A stretch of 64,000 nucleotides of DNA from Mobula hypostoma (lineage: Eukaryota), in the NCBI RefSeq assembly GCF_963921235.1, contig NC_086101.1:30070001-30134000 (forward strand). The letters are read 5' to 3'. The translations under genes and the position numbers were made by a program. Under the pieces are notes generated by a model that saw only the letters and a list, made by a program, of their open reading frames with translations, ran no database searches and was not told the origin of the DNA. This document shows positions 36,501-50,199 of this stretch, piece after piece; the stretch's first letter is position 1; every line of letters begins with the position of its first letter.

Positions 36501-37124
36501 TTCTACCATACAGAATCTTCACAATCATTATGAAGAGCATCATTCTCTTGGATATTCTTTCAGTAGAGTCTCCCTGAACTCAAAAACATATCAGATATTT
36601 ATATTCCGAAGAATACACATAACAGTGGATCTTTCAACACTAGTTCAATTACTACAATGATATAGTGTAATAGTTTGAGTCTGATAGATGATTCTGTATA
36701 ATCACAGTACATATTTAAAAAGAAAGCACACTGCAACTAACAAGAAAGCTCTGAATTTTCAGATACCTTCTCTGAGAAATTGTAATTCACATGGATATTT
36801 CATAATATTTTTGAGGACAGAAACCCCAGACACCTGAAATAGAATTTTGAGGCCAAATTTCTAGTGCATAAATAATCGCAATTACTAATATAGCAAATAA
36901 GCCAACGACAGTGTTTGATGTGCTAAGTGACACAGTATGTGGTCTGGAAGTGTCCTTGATCTCAGTTGTAAAGGTGCTAAATAACTTAAACTGAAAGTGT
37001 TTGATATCTACTCCGATTGGCTTACATCTGGCTAATGCACTTGACAACGTCTCATGGCCACTTTAGTTTGCTAGCCACAACTTTTGAGCATCCACCTGCT
37101 CTGGACAATTAGTCTGTGCTTTGT

Positions 37125-37550
37125 AGACCATAAGATTTTGTTAATTTCAAAAATTTTCATTGTTTATAAGAATACAAATCATCAGCTATAGGAGCCGAAT
37201 TAGATTGTTTGGCCCATTGCGTCTGCTCCGCTATTTGATAATAGCTGATTTATTTTTTCTCTCAACACAATTAGCCTACCGTCTCCTGGTAACCTTTGAT
37301 ATCCTGACTAATCAAGAACCTCTTAATTAACAACTTAGCCTCACAGCCATGTCTGACAATGAATTTCATGGATGGACCACTCTCTGGCTAAAGAAATTCT
37401 TCTTCTTCTGTATTCGAAAGCAACATCCTTCCATTCTGAGGCTCTGTCCTTGACTCTTCCATTATTGAAAACATCTTCTTCATATCCACTCTATGCAGTC
37501 ATTTTAATATTTGGTTGGCTTGTGAAATCCCCTCACATTGTTCAAAACTC
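37125..37550 (-). mobile_element. CR1 3' end
   Basis: Reverse CR1 3' UTR and ORF2 tail, starting GACCATAAGA. Confidence 0.75.
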
Positions 37551-37569
37551 CAAGATAATTTCCTTTTAA

Positions 37570-39660
37570 GTTTTTCTAGTCTGTAACTGAATAAACGTGC
37601 ACCAAGTATATCGTTCCCTCTTTGCTTGTTTTCTGTGTGTCCTGCACATGCCCAGTAGAAGGAGATTCGCCGAAATATCCGTTTTAATGTGGACAGAGGT
37701 ATTTTTAAAAACGCCTAGTGTGAACACCTGTTGTTTTTTACGCAAAGCCAGCTTTTTCAAAATTATCCGGTCTGGTGTGGATGTAACCTGAGTTCTACTC
37801 CTTTAGGAAACCCAGACCTGATTCTTTTTACTAATGATTCATTGTGGAAACCTAATGATTTTGAGACACTGACTGAATATGCTGTGCTGACTCCTTCTAA
37901 GGTATTGGAAGTGGGTTCCTCCCTTCAGGAACATCATTGCAAGCCACTGAGCTATTTGTACTCACTAGAACTTGCATCTTATATGAAAGTAAAACTGTGA
38001 ACGTCTATACTATTTATGAATCTGCATATATTCATAAATATGCATTTGTATATATGAATTTGTATATATGTCAGTAAGTGGGTGAAGTAAGAATCTGTTC
38101 GTAATAGTGGACATATGTTCTAAATGGATAGAGGCCTTTCCCACATGAAAAAATGACACTAGTACAGTAATTAAATTAATGATGCAGAAAATTATTCCCC
38201 GATTTGGAATTCCTTGTAAGTTTAACAGTGATAGAGGAACGTACTTTATGGGGAAATTAATTAAAGCATTGGCGAAATTTCTGGTATTCTCCTGGGAGTG
38301 GCATGTGTCCCACTAACCACCATCATCAGGATTGGGGGAAAGGATGAATGAGTACTTAAAGACATTCTGGCCAAAGTATGCTAAGATTTGGGATTGATAA
38401 TGGCATGATAACTGCTCTGTGTACTTTAAGAAATATATTAATTGGACGACCAAACTGGCCCCTTTTGAAGTATTGATAGGAAGACCTATCCCCATGGTTC
38501 TAGACTCCTATTACAAGTGTCAAATCTGGGGAGGGAAAAACACATCCATTTAAGCCAGATGATTATGTAGAAATGTAATCAATGGAAAAGACTCGCTTTC
38601 TTTCCTTGGTGGAAGGGACGCTATCAAATGCTGCTAACCACTCATAATGTGGTCGAGGTAAAAGGCAAAGCCCACTGGGTGAACAAAACCAAGTGTAATC
38701 TGTATCAGCTCTCTCTTCTGTAGCCCGATAGTGTACTGGAAAGGAAGGAAAACTGAAGGAAAATGAAGTTTCTAATGATATATGGACTTATTTGCCTTAT
38801 TGCTTTTGCATCTAGACTTATCTGTGATTATAATACTTAGGCTTAACTGCTGAAGTAGTAGCCACTTGAAATGTGGCCCTGAAAAACAGGCTGGTCTTAG
38901 ATCTTATTTTAGCTGAGAAATGAGGAATGTGTGCCATTGTAGGCAAGAATGTTGTACCTATATCCCAATGAATCTGAAAACATTCATTGGCCAGCAATAT
39001 CCAGAGAAGTAGAAGTGTAAGATGGATATGTAAGATTAGAGAATATTTCCATAGTTATAACCCTCCTGGGGGCTGGGGGCCCTTTGGGAACACCTTTGGT
39101 CATTGGTGGGGAACGTTAGTACATGACAGAATTATTATCATTATAGTAATAGTGTGTGTTTTGCCTCTTGACTCATATGTGCAACCTTACCTTGTTTAAT
39201 GAACCTCCCCATTTCTATGTTCCCTCGGGTTAACACTGATACTCATGACCTGGAGTATAATGAAGAAAGAATGTTTAAAAATTATACTCTTAGCATGGGG
39301 TTATAAGACCCCATTTGCAAACTCAAATATTTATGGTTGATCTTCAGATCAAAAATGAGTGGATGGTGGAGGAAAATTATTGTGATTTAAAGATTTTGAT
39401 AGACAATGGTTTAATATTGGCTCTTCGAATATGGAAAGTAGTTGCAGCTTTGTTTGTTTTAGATATGGCCTTGGCTTTTAACAGAGACAATTATCTATCA
39501 TTTATAAAATAAGCTGTGTTCTCTGCATTACTTGGAGTTCAAAACCCACTCCACACCAACAATATCATGAATAAAGCTCTCTTTACCGTGAAGTCCATGT
39601 CTCATTTACTTGTGATCAATTTTAAGTGAGTTTCCTTAGCAAATTAATTTCCCTAACTCA
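37570..39660 (+). mobile_element. Decayed class I (gamma/epsilon-like) endogenous retrovirus: RNase H, integrase, env TM, probable 3' LTR
   Basis: PDLILFTNDS...YAVLT...VNVYT (RNase H). VIVD...WIEAFPT...IIPRFGIP...SDRG-(35 codons)-ERMN (integrase, from 38101). LKNRLVLDLILAEK*GMCAIVGK[fs]CCTYIP (env immunosuppressive domain and CX6CC, ~38879-38966). AATAAA at ~39570. Confidence 0.85.
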
Positions 39661-39719
39661 GTGGGTCAGACAACATCTGTAGGAAGAATTGAGTTCAATT
39701 GAATTGGATTGACTTTATT

Positions 39720-40520
39720 TCTTACATCCTTCAAATACATGAGTAAAAATCTTTAAGTTACGTCTCTATCTAAATGTGCAATGCGCAATTTATAGTAGTT
39801 TGTAATAAATAGTATGTACAATGGGACAGTCAATATAGCATAGAAATACAATTGTGTCAGTGTGAATTAATCAGTCTTATGGCCTGGTGGAAGAAGCTGT
39901 CCTGGAGCCTGTTAGTCCTGGCTTTAATGCTGTGGTATCTTTTCCTGGATGGTAGCAGCTGGAACAGTTTGTGGTTGGGGTGCCACGGGTCCCCGAAAAT
40001 ACTTTGGGTCCTTTTTATGCACCTGTCTCTAAATGTCCTGAATAGTGCTAAATTCACATCTACAGATGCACTGGGCTGTCCACACCACTCTCTGCAGAGT
40101 CCTGTGAATGAGGGAAGTACAGTTCCCATACCAGGCAGTGATACAGCCAGTCAGGATACTCTCAATTGTGCCCCTGTAGAAGTCCTCAGGATTTGGGGAC
40201 TCATGCCTATCTTCTTCAACCATCTAAGGTGAAAGAGGCACTGTTGTGCTTTTTTCACCACACAGCCATACAGACCATTGAAATCCTTAGTGATGTGCAT
40301 GCCGAGGAAATTAAAGCTGTTCACCCTCTCGACCCCAGATCCATTGATATCAATAGGGGTTAGCCAGTCTTAATTCCTTCTGTATTTCACAACCAGCTCC
40401 TTTGTTTTTGCAACATTGAAGGAGAGGCTGTTTTCTTGACATCCCTATGTCAGGGTGATGACTTCTTCTCTGTAGGCTGCCTCATTCTTATTTGAGATAA
40501 GGCTAATTAATGTAGTATTG
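39720..40520 (-). mobile_element. Rex1/Babar-type LINE fragment
   Basis: FYRGTIESILTGCITAWYGNC...LQRVV and FRDRCIKR.QSI.GDP.HP.H.LFQLLPS on the - strand. Confidence 0.85.
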
Positions 40521-41699
40521 TCAGCAGATTTAATTAGCAGAAGCAAAGCTAACATTTCTGTTTGAGTGGCCCTTAAGAAATGCCTATCATCTTGAAATGT
40601 TTGCTCTTTTTCTCTTTCTCCTGAGGTGACCTGACTTGCTGTGTATTTCCTACATTTTCTGTTTTTATTTGAATTGATGAGTTTGACAACTGCAAAGGCT
40701 GCTATTGATGGGTATCTACTTTTGTAGAACACTTATACCTTTGTTCTCAAATAAAAAACTCCTCATTTTAATGTGAGGAAGAGCAAATTTGTATTAATAA
40801 TGCAGCTTGAACATATCTCCAGACACTAGCGAACAGGAGTGCAATGGTATGATCCTTTAACAGATGAGAAGACCGGTCTAAAAGGACTGTAGAAATGTGT
40901 CAGGACGATAATATGTAATAATTTGATAATAAAACGCATATTAACTTGATTGTTGATATCTCAAATGCAGATAATAAGTTCCTGATACAACTGCTTCCCA
41001 CCCCTATTCAGAATTATATGACTACTTTGCCTTAATCAACATTTATCATGTATGAACCTATTTATTTTCTATCAATATTTGTCCATGCCATATTGATTCA
41101 CTAAATTATAATTAAGATGTTTTCCATTACATTATGATGGAAACTGCAATGATGCAGATTTTTTAAAATCTCTTTATCCTGGTAAAAGTGCAATGAATTC
41201 TTGCTCTGTTTTAGCTTCAAGGAGTGTTCGTATCCATGGTAAATTCAAAGTTCAAAGTAATTTTAGTATCAAAGAACATACATATCCGCATATACTTCCT
41301 TGAGAATCATTACAGGTTGAAAGAAAGACAATAGAATTTTATGAAAAATTATACGTAACAGGCAAAGACAAACTAAATCTAATATGTAATCTATAATAAT
41401 TGATATGAAATCAAAATAAAGAAACAATATGCAATCAAAATAAAGATCATGTCAAGGATATCAGTTGTAAAGAGCTAGTAATACTTCTTACATGATTGAC
41501 ATAAAATCCTTTAAACTTCCACATGGAATGCAGAAAAGCTATTATTCATTAACAGGAGATTGCACGCACCCTACCCACACTGTTGAACATTCAGCTAAAG
41601 GAAAAGAAGGCTAATTGTTCAACAGCCTGATATGGATTACAGACAAATTCAGGAAACCTGGTATCAAGCTCAGCATTTCTGCATGAAAAATCAAACAAA

Positions 41700-43030
41700 T
41701 GGTGGCCTTACAATCAATAAATATTCTTCAAGCATCCCAGACCATATTAGATTTTGGGGTTGATTGTTGAGGATATTGTTCCGGGATACTTGGAGGCAAA
41801 TGATAAAGCAGGCCATAGTCAACAGAGTTTCTTCAAGAGAAAACCTTGTCTGAAAAATCTGCTGGAATTCTTTGAAAAAATGACAAACAGGATAGACAAA
41901 GAAGAACCGGATGATGTTGTATGCTTGGATTTTCAGAAGGCCTTTGACAAGGTGCCCTACAGGAAGCGCCATGGTATTACAGGAACCTTCTCGCATGGAG
42001 AAAGCTGTGGCTGATTGACAGGAGACAAAGTGTGGGAATAAACCAGAGCCTTTTCTAGAGGTGATCCACAGGCGTCCTTTGGGACCGTCCCTTTTTACAT
42101 TAAATGTCAATGATTTGGACAATGGCTTTTTTGCAAAGTTTTCAGACAATTTGAAGATAGGTGGAGGGCCAGGTAATTTTGAGGAAATAGAAAGGCTACA
42201 GAAGGACAGATTAGGAGAGTTGGCAAAGAAGTGGCAGATGGAATACAGTGTCAGGAAATGCATGGTAATGCACTTCGGTTGAAGAAATGAAAAGGTTGCC
42301 CATTTTATAAGTGGAGAGAAAGTACAAAAATCTGAGGCACAAAGGGGTTTGGGAGTCCTTGTGTAGGATTCCCTAAAGATTAATTTTCAGGTTGATACTC
42401 TGGCGAGGAAGGCAATTATGATGTTAGCATTCATTTCAAGAGGATTAGAATATAAAGGAAGGATGTAAATGTTGAGACTTCATAAATAACTGTGGAAGCC
42501 TCACTTGCAGTACTGTGAGCAGTTTTAGATCCCTTATCTTAGAAGGGGTATGATGAAACTGGAGAGGAGCCAATGGAAATTCACAAAAATGATTTCAGGA
42601 TTAAATGGCTTGTCTTATGAAGAGTGTTTCATGGCTCGATGTCTGTATTCACTGGAATTCAGAAGAATGGATTACAAATAGAAAACTATTGAATGGTGAA
42701 AGGCCTTGATAGAATGGATGTGGAGGGGATGTTTCTTATGATGGGAGAGTCTAAGACTAGGGTATTCAGCCTTAGAGTGTCATCCTTTTAGAATGGAAAT
42801 AAGGAGGAATTTCCTTAGCCAGAGAGTGGTGAATCTGTAGAATTCATTGCCACAGGCAGCTTTATGTACATGTCTTTATATACATGTTAGGCAGAGATTA
42901 GATTCTAGATTAGCTGGAGCATGAAGAGATATGGGGGGAAGGCAAAAGATTGGGGCTGAGTTGAGAGGCAAAATAGATCAGCCATGATGAAATAGCAGAG
43001 CAGACTCGATAGGCCACATGGCCAAATTTG
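41700..43030 (+). mobile_element. CR1 RT and 3' end
   Basis: CLKNLLEFFE...LDFQKAFDKVP, WQMEYSVRKC.VMHFG and a CR1 3' UTR. Confidence 0.88.
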
Positions 43031-43129
43031 CTCCTATATCTTAAATCCTATATAAATCCTCACAGCATCCCATGACCCTATTAGGATTCCAATGCCAGCA
43101 TATCTATTCCTCAAAAGGGTGAAACTCCA

Positions 43130-44240
43130 AACAGTCTTAACTATGTATCTGACTGGCTACTAAAAACCAGGATGGAGTTCTCAGGTACATCTTCAATAAA
43201 CTCTCACTGCTTCAAAGGGACAGCAATCATACCGATGCCCCAGAAGAACAAGGTGTGCTGCCTAAGTCATTATTGCTCGGTTGCACTCACATCCAGTGTG
43301 ATGAAGTGCTTTGTGAAGTAGGTCTTGGCTGGAAATAACTCCTATCTGAGCAATGACCTGGATGTGGTGCATTTTGCCTACTGCCACACCAGGTCTCAGC
43401 AGCTAAATTCTCACTGCTGCTTCACTCTGATTTGGAGCACCAAGATAACATCAAAACATACGACAGGCTGCTGCTGACCAATTACTGTTCAGAGTTCAAC
43501 TATATTACCCCTTTAGTGCTAATCAGCAAGCTTTAAAATCTGGGCTTCTGAACCTCAGGTGGCAATACTGTGTTGTATCGGACTGCGGTAGCATAACAGC
43601 TTTGCACTCATTATCAGAAAGAACAATAAACCAACTGTAACTTGGGAAGGGCATGTCAGGAGAACATGCACCAGCCATCAGTGAGGGTTCAGTGGATGAA
43701 AGGGAGAGCAGCATCAAGTTTCTAGATGTCAAACTTCAGCAGATCTATCCTCAGCCCAACGCATTGTAGTTCTACTTCATTAGTAGTTTGAGAATTGCTC
43801 TGTCACCAAAGTCTCTGGCAAATTTCTTTCAATATATGTTGGAAAGTATTCTGACTGGCTGCATTACACCCTGGCTCCATTGCACCAATTTAAAAGAGGC
43901 CGCATCATGATCACAGCCCTCCACACCATCAAGGATATCTTTAAGAGACTGTGCTCAGAAAGCTCCTTCACTATTTGAGATATGCCTTCTGTTCATTTTT
44001 ACTATCGGGGAGGGGGCACAAAAGCCTGAAGACCCATGATCAATGTCTTAGGAACAATTTCTAACCTCAGTCATCAGATTTATGAATGCATTATGGATCC
44101 ATGAACATGATTTCATCATTACTGTTTGCATTATTTACTTTTTGTAATATATAGAATCTTTATGTCTTGTGCTGGACTGCTACCACAAAGCAACAAATTT
44201 CACAAAACAAGTCAGTGTTGGTAAACCTGATTCTGATTCT
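43130..44240 (+). mobile_element. Decayed Rex1/Babar-type LINE
   Basis: Remnants of P.ALT..VMKCF and F...SS.FN; CTGATTCTGATTC tail at ~44227. Confidence 0.65.
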
Positions 44241-45049
44241 ATTTCTGGAAACAGGACCTTCAACCATCTTGTCCATGATGAACATTGTGCTAGTCAAAGG
44301 CTAATCCCATTTGCCCATGTTTGTCCCATATCCCTGTAAACAGCTCTAAAACAACCACTTTTCATTTTAAATATCTTTTAAATGTTTATGATTGGGAGGA
44401 AGGGGAGCTGGGGGGGGGGCACTTTTAGGTTCTAACGTAAATTTGTCATTCATTCTTTGGGGCACTTCTCTGCTTTTGTGGATGTTTGCAAAGAAAAATC
44501 ATTTCAGGACGTATATTGTTTACATTTCTCTGAAATTAAATTGGACATTTGAAGCCTTGAACCTTTGAAATGTTATTGTACCTACTGTTAATAAACCAAT
44601 TTACCTGGCAGTCCATGCTGTGTATGCTTCTCCCAATGCAGAACGAATTTGCCCCTCAGGACCTTTTCTAAATATTTCACCTATCAACTTTAACCCAAGC
44701 ACTCTAGTTCCGGACAAATGAATTTTGAAATAATTATTGACTGTAACATACACATGGACTGAAGTAACAATGAGTGCAATTTTAAATTTAGTGCAGAACA
44801 TCAGGATTGTTCTTGTTGAGAATTAATACCTCAATGTTATCTGAATTCCATGAAATAATTAGCCATTATGCTAATTATTTCAAGATTTTTCAAAGTTACT
44901 AGAGGGGCATTCTGACAATGTTGCCTACCTATGCCACTTCTGGTACATTTAAGGACAAATCTGAAGTATTGTATTCACTTTTTGTCACCCCATAATGGGA
45001 GGGATGCAGAGGCATTGGTGTTTTGTATTGCTCTATGTTCTATTAGCTA

Positions 45050-45230
45050 TGTTTAAAAGGAAGTTAGATATGGCCCTTGTGGCTACAGGGGTCAGGGGGT
45101 ATGGAGGGAAGGCTGGGTTCTGAGTTGGATGATCAGCCATGATCATAATAAATGGCGGTGCAGGCTCGAAGGGCCGAATGGCCTACTCCTGCACCTATTT
45201 TCTATGTTTCTATGTTTCTATGTTTCTATG
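45050..45230 (+). mobile_element. Short young CR1 3' end with (TTTCTATG)4 tail
   Basis: GGCCGAATGGCCTACTCCTGCACCTAT followed by four octamer repeats at 45199-45230. Confidence 0.85.
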
Positions 45231-48200
45231 TTAGGGAACTGGAGATGCAGCTCAATGACCTTCAGTTTGTTAGGGAGAGTGAGGAGGTGATAGGCACGAG
45301 CTACAGGCAGGTTGTCACCCCAGGGCCACAGGAGACAGATAAGTGGATGACCATAAGGAGAGGGAAGAGACGGCGTCAGGTAGTGAAGAGCACCCGTGTG
45401 GCTGTCCCCCTTAACAATATACTACATTTTAGTGTCATTGGGGGAAGCAACAATGGCCAGAGGGTAGGGAATGGGAAAGGATGGTAGTGGTAATAGGGGA
45501 CTCTATAGTTAGCTGACAGATAGGTGATTCTGTGGGCACAAAAAAGAAACAAGGATGATAGTTTGTCTCCCAGGTGTCAGGGTTCGTAATGTTTCGCAGT
45601 GCGTCCACAATATCCTGAAATGGGAGTGTGAGCAACCAGAGGTCATGGTGAATATTCGTATCAATGACATAGGTAGAAAACGTTTGGCGGTTCTGAAATC
45701 AGAGTTAGGAAGGAAGTTGAGAAGGTAGGATTGCTGCCTGTGCCACGAAACAGTGGGTATAGGAATGGAATGAGGTGGAAGATAAATGCATGGCTGAAGG
45801 ATTGGAGCAGGGACCAGGGATTCAGGTTTTTGGATCATTGGGACCTCTTCTGGGGCAGGTGTGACCTGTACAAAAAGGACGGATTACACTTGAATCGGAG
45901 GGGGACCAATATCCTACTGGGAGGTATGCTAAAGCTACAGGGGAGTGTTTAAACTAGATTTGCAGGCGGGGGTGGGAACCCAAGTGAAAAGACAGAGGAT
46001 GTGGAGATTGGAACAGAAGTAGAGACAGCTTGTAAGGAGTTTGTGAGGAAGGATAGGCAAAGATGCACTCAACGTAATAGTTTGAGATGTGTCTATTTTA
46101 ATGCAAGGCGTACCATAAACATGGCGGATGAACTTAGAGTGTGGATCAATACAAGGAACTATGACATTGAGGCCATTACAGAGACTTGGATGTCTCAGAA
46201 GCAGGAATGGCTGCTGAGTGTGCCGGGCTTCAGATGTTTCAAAAAGGACAGAGAGGGAGGCAAAAGAAGTGGAGGCGTGGCATTGCTAATTAGGGATAGT
46301 GTCACGGCTGCAGAAAAGGAGAAAGTCATGGGGGGATTATCTACTGAGTCAGTGTGGGTGGAAATTAAAAACAGGAAAGGGGCAATAATTCTATGGGGTA
46401 TTTTTATAGACCTCCCAATAGTAACAATGATATCGAGAAGCAGATAGGGAGGCAGATTCTGGAACGGTGGAATAATAACAGGGTTGTTGTGATGGGAGAT
46501 TTTACTTTCCCTAATATTGATTGGCATCTCCTTAGCGCAAGGGGTTCAGATGGGGTGGAGTTTGTTAGGTGTATTCAGGAAGGTTTCCATACACAATATG
46601 TAGATAAGCCAGCTAGCGGAGAGGCTATACTTGATCTGGTAATGGGAAATGAACCTGGTCAGGTGTCAGTTCCCATGGTGGGAGAGCATTTTAGAGGCAG
46701 TGATCACAACTCTGTCTCCTTCACCATAGTGCTGGAGAGGGCTAGGAGCAGACAGTTCAAGAAAAAATTTGATTGGTATAGGGGGAAATATGATGGTATT
46801 AAGCAGGAACCTGGGAGCAGATGTTCTCAGGGAAATGCAGGGCAGAAATGTGACAAATGTTCAGGAAATATTTGCATGGCGTTCTGCATAGGTATATTCC
46901 ATTGAAGCAGGGAATGGATGATGGGGTTAAAGAACCATGGTGTATAAAGGATGTAGAAAATCTCTTGAAGAAGAAAAGCTTACAAAAGGTTCAAGAAACT
47001 AGATACTGTTAGTGCTTTAGAAAAATACGAGGTTGCTGGGAAGGAGCTTAATAATGGAATTAGGAGAGCCAGAAGGGGCCATAAGAGGGCCTTGGTGAGC
47101 AGGATTAAGGAAAACCCCAAGGCATTCTACAAGAATGTGAAGAGCAGGAGGATGAGCCATGTGAGAACAGGACCAATCAAGTGTGATAGTGGAACCATGG
47201 AACCAGAGGAAGTAGCGGAGGTACTTAATGAATACTGTGCTTCAGTATTTACCAGGGAAAAAGACCTTGGCATTGTGGGGATGACTGAAGTTAACTGAAA
47301 TGCTTGAGCATATAGACATTAAGAAAGAGGATGTGCTGGAGCTTTTGAAAAGCATTAATTAGATAAGTCACCGGGATCGGATGAGATATACCCCAGGCTA
47401 CTTTGGGAAACGAGGGAAAAGTTTGCTGAGCGTTTTGTGATGATCTTTGCATCATCAACAGGGACAGGAGAAGTACCGGAGAACTGGAGGATTGCAAATG
47501 TCATTCCCTTGTTCAAGAAAGGGAGTAGAGATAACCCAGGACATTATAGACCAGTGAGTCTGACTTCAGTGGTGGACAAGTTATTGGAGAAGATCCTGAG
47601 AGACAGGACTTATGAACATTTGGAGAGACATAATCTAATTAGGGACAGTCAGCATGGCTTTGTCAAGGGCAGGTCGTGCCTTACCTCCTTAAGGAAGTAA
47701 CAAAACACATTGATGAAGGTAGAGCACCGGATGTAGTATATATGGATTTCAGTAAGGCATTTGATAAGTTTTCCCATGCAAGGCTCCCTCAGAATGTAAG
47801 GAGGCATGGGCTCCAAGGAGACATTGCTTTGTGGATCCGGAATTGGCTTTCCCACGGAAGGTAAAGGGCAGTTGTAGGTAATTTGTATTCTGCACTGAGG
47901 TCAGCACCAGTGGTGTTCCACAGGGATCTGTTCTGGGACCCCTCCTTTTAGTGATTTTTATAAATGACCTGGATGAAGAGTGTAGAACAGTGGGTTAGTA
48001 AGTTTGCTGATGACACAAAGGTTCAGGGTGTTGTGGATAGTCTGGAGGTTAGTTAGAGATGACAGCGGGACATTGATAGGATGCAGAACTGGGTTGAGAA
48101 TTGGCAGATGGCCTTCAACTCAGATAAGTGTGAAATGGTTCATTGTGGTAGGTCAAATTTGAAGATAGAATATAATATTAATGGTAAGACACTTGGCAGT

Positions 48201-48830
48201 GTGGAGGATCAGCAAGATCTTGAGGTCCATGTCCATAGGACACTCAAAGTTGCTGAGCAGGTTTACAGTGTTGTTAAGGAGGCATATGGTGTGTTGGCAT
48301 TCATCAATCATGGGACTAACTTCAAGATCCTTGAGGTAATGTTACAGCTATATAAGATCTTGGTCAGACCTCACTTGGAGTACTGTGTTCAGTTTTGGTT
48401 ATCTGACTACAGGAAGGATGTGGATACTATAGATAGACTGCAGAGGAGATTTACAAGGATGCTGCCCGCATTGGCGGGTGTACCTTATGAGAGTAGTTTG
48501 AGTGACTTTGGCCTTTTCTCCTTGGAGCAACGAAGGATGAGAGGTGACCTGATAGAGGTGTATAAGATAATGAGGAGCATTGAACATGTGGAAGCCAGTG
48601 GCTTTTTCCCAGGGCTCAAAGTGCTAACATGAGAGGGCATAGATATAAGGTGCTTGGAAATAAGTATCGAGGGGATGCCAGGGGTAATTTTTTCACACAG
48701 AGAGTGGTGGGTGAGTGGAATGCATTGCCGGTGCTGGTGGTGGAAGCGGATATAATACGGTCTTTACAAGCCTCTTAGATAGGTATATGGAGCTTAGAAA
48801 AATAGATGGCTATGTGCTGGAGAAATTCTA
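45231..48830 (+). mobile_element. CR1 LINE (truncated ORF1, APE, RT, 3' end), disrupted
   Basis: KDGLHLN (esterase), LRCVYFNAR...ITETW (APE), [10 protein letters not shown] (RT) and LVRPHLEYCVQFW. Confidence 0.92.
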
Positions 48831-49009
48831 TTGCATGTAATGTGCTGTAGATTACGATGTTCTCTGTTTTGTTCAATGTTCCCCTTACCACAAAGTTAGA
48901 AATATCCCCAGTGTGTTATACATAAATAGACTGCAACATGTTTCTTTGCACATTAGAACTTATTGAAAAAACACTCTCATTAATTATTAATTAAATTAAT
49001 TGGCTTAAT

Positions 49010-49715
49010 TGTTGGCAGAATTTCAGATAGTGACAAAAGAGTGTATAGGAGTGAGATACACCAATTACTTGAGTGGTGTCGCAGCAACAACTTTACACTC
49101 AACGCTACCGAAACTAAAGAGCTAATTTTGGGCTGCAGGAAGGATAAAATAGGGGAACAAAAGCCAGTTCCCTTAGAGGGAACAGAAGTGGAGATGGTAA
49201 GCAATTTCAAGTTGCTGGGTGTCAATATCTCTGAGGAATTAACCTGGACACAACATATTGATGCAGCTATAAAGAAGGCAAGATAATGGCCATATTTCTT
49301 TAGCAGCTTGAGGTGATTTGGTTTGTCAGCTAAAACACTCAGAAATTTCTACAAACGTAGCATGGAGAGCTAACTTTGGTAGGTGACATCCATCATTAAA
49401 GATCCCCGCCACCCAGGACGTTCCCTCTTCACACTGTTACCATCAGGAAGAAAGTAAGGAAGACTGAACACACACACTCAGCGATTCAGGAACAGGTTCT
49501 TCCCATCTGACATTGAACCCATGAACACTACCTCACTATTTTTTTATTTCTGTTTTTTTTTACTATGTATTTTAAAGTAACTATTTAATATATATATACT
49601 TAATGTAACTTAGCTCAGCTTTTTTCTCTGTATCTATTTATCATGTATGTCATTGTATTGCTGCCATAAAGTTAACACACATATGCCGGTGATATTAAAT
49701 CTGATTCTTATTCTA
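49010..49715 (+). mobile_element. Rex1/Babar-type LINE 3' part
   Basis: WCRSNNFTLNATETKELI...VEMVSNFKLLGVNISEELTWTQH; CTGATTCT tail. Confidence 0.8.
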
Positions 49716-50199
49716 ATTCTGATGTAACTCAATGTTATGTACCTAGGCAAAGTACTCAGTAACAAATATCTGGCACATGAATGACCTTCCTTGCACAATA
49801 AAATTAAAAGTGTAGGTGGATTCTGTTGGTTTCTGTCAGTTTCATTTTCACGCTCATTTCTTCACCAATGTGGTTTCAGGATTTCCCCTCTGCAAGATGC
49901 ATTGCGGTTATTACTATAGCCTTGTGCTCTCAACCACACAAACTGAGTATTATAAGAACAGGAAGAGCAAGGGGATCAGATGTGTGGGAAACTGATCTGA
50001 TGTCTGTTCTGACTTGAGAATCAATCACCATTTCCTTGTCTTCTTTATGGGCTGCCCTCAGCACATCTTTAGGTTGCGATGGTTGCTAACATGAATTATC
50101 TATTTCCCTGTATGTTTTGATATAAACAGGATAAATAAATCAATCTGAATCTGATTGTCCTCAGTGAAAAGTAACTGCAACATATAACATTATGCATCT

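Noticed and set aside
36834-36976. Minus-strand frame resembling a stalk plus TM exon (TTEIKDTSRPHTVSLSTSNTVVGLFAILVIAIIYAL)
   Set aside because: Phase-2 start, weak splice sites, AT-rich sequence and no partner exons found on that strand.
45050-45260. CR1 tail fused directly to the middle of another CR1 ORF1
   Set aside because: No TSD or other junction signature; it is explained by ordinary adjacent or nested insertion.
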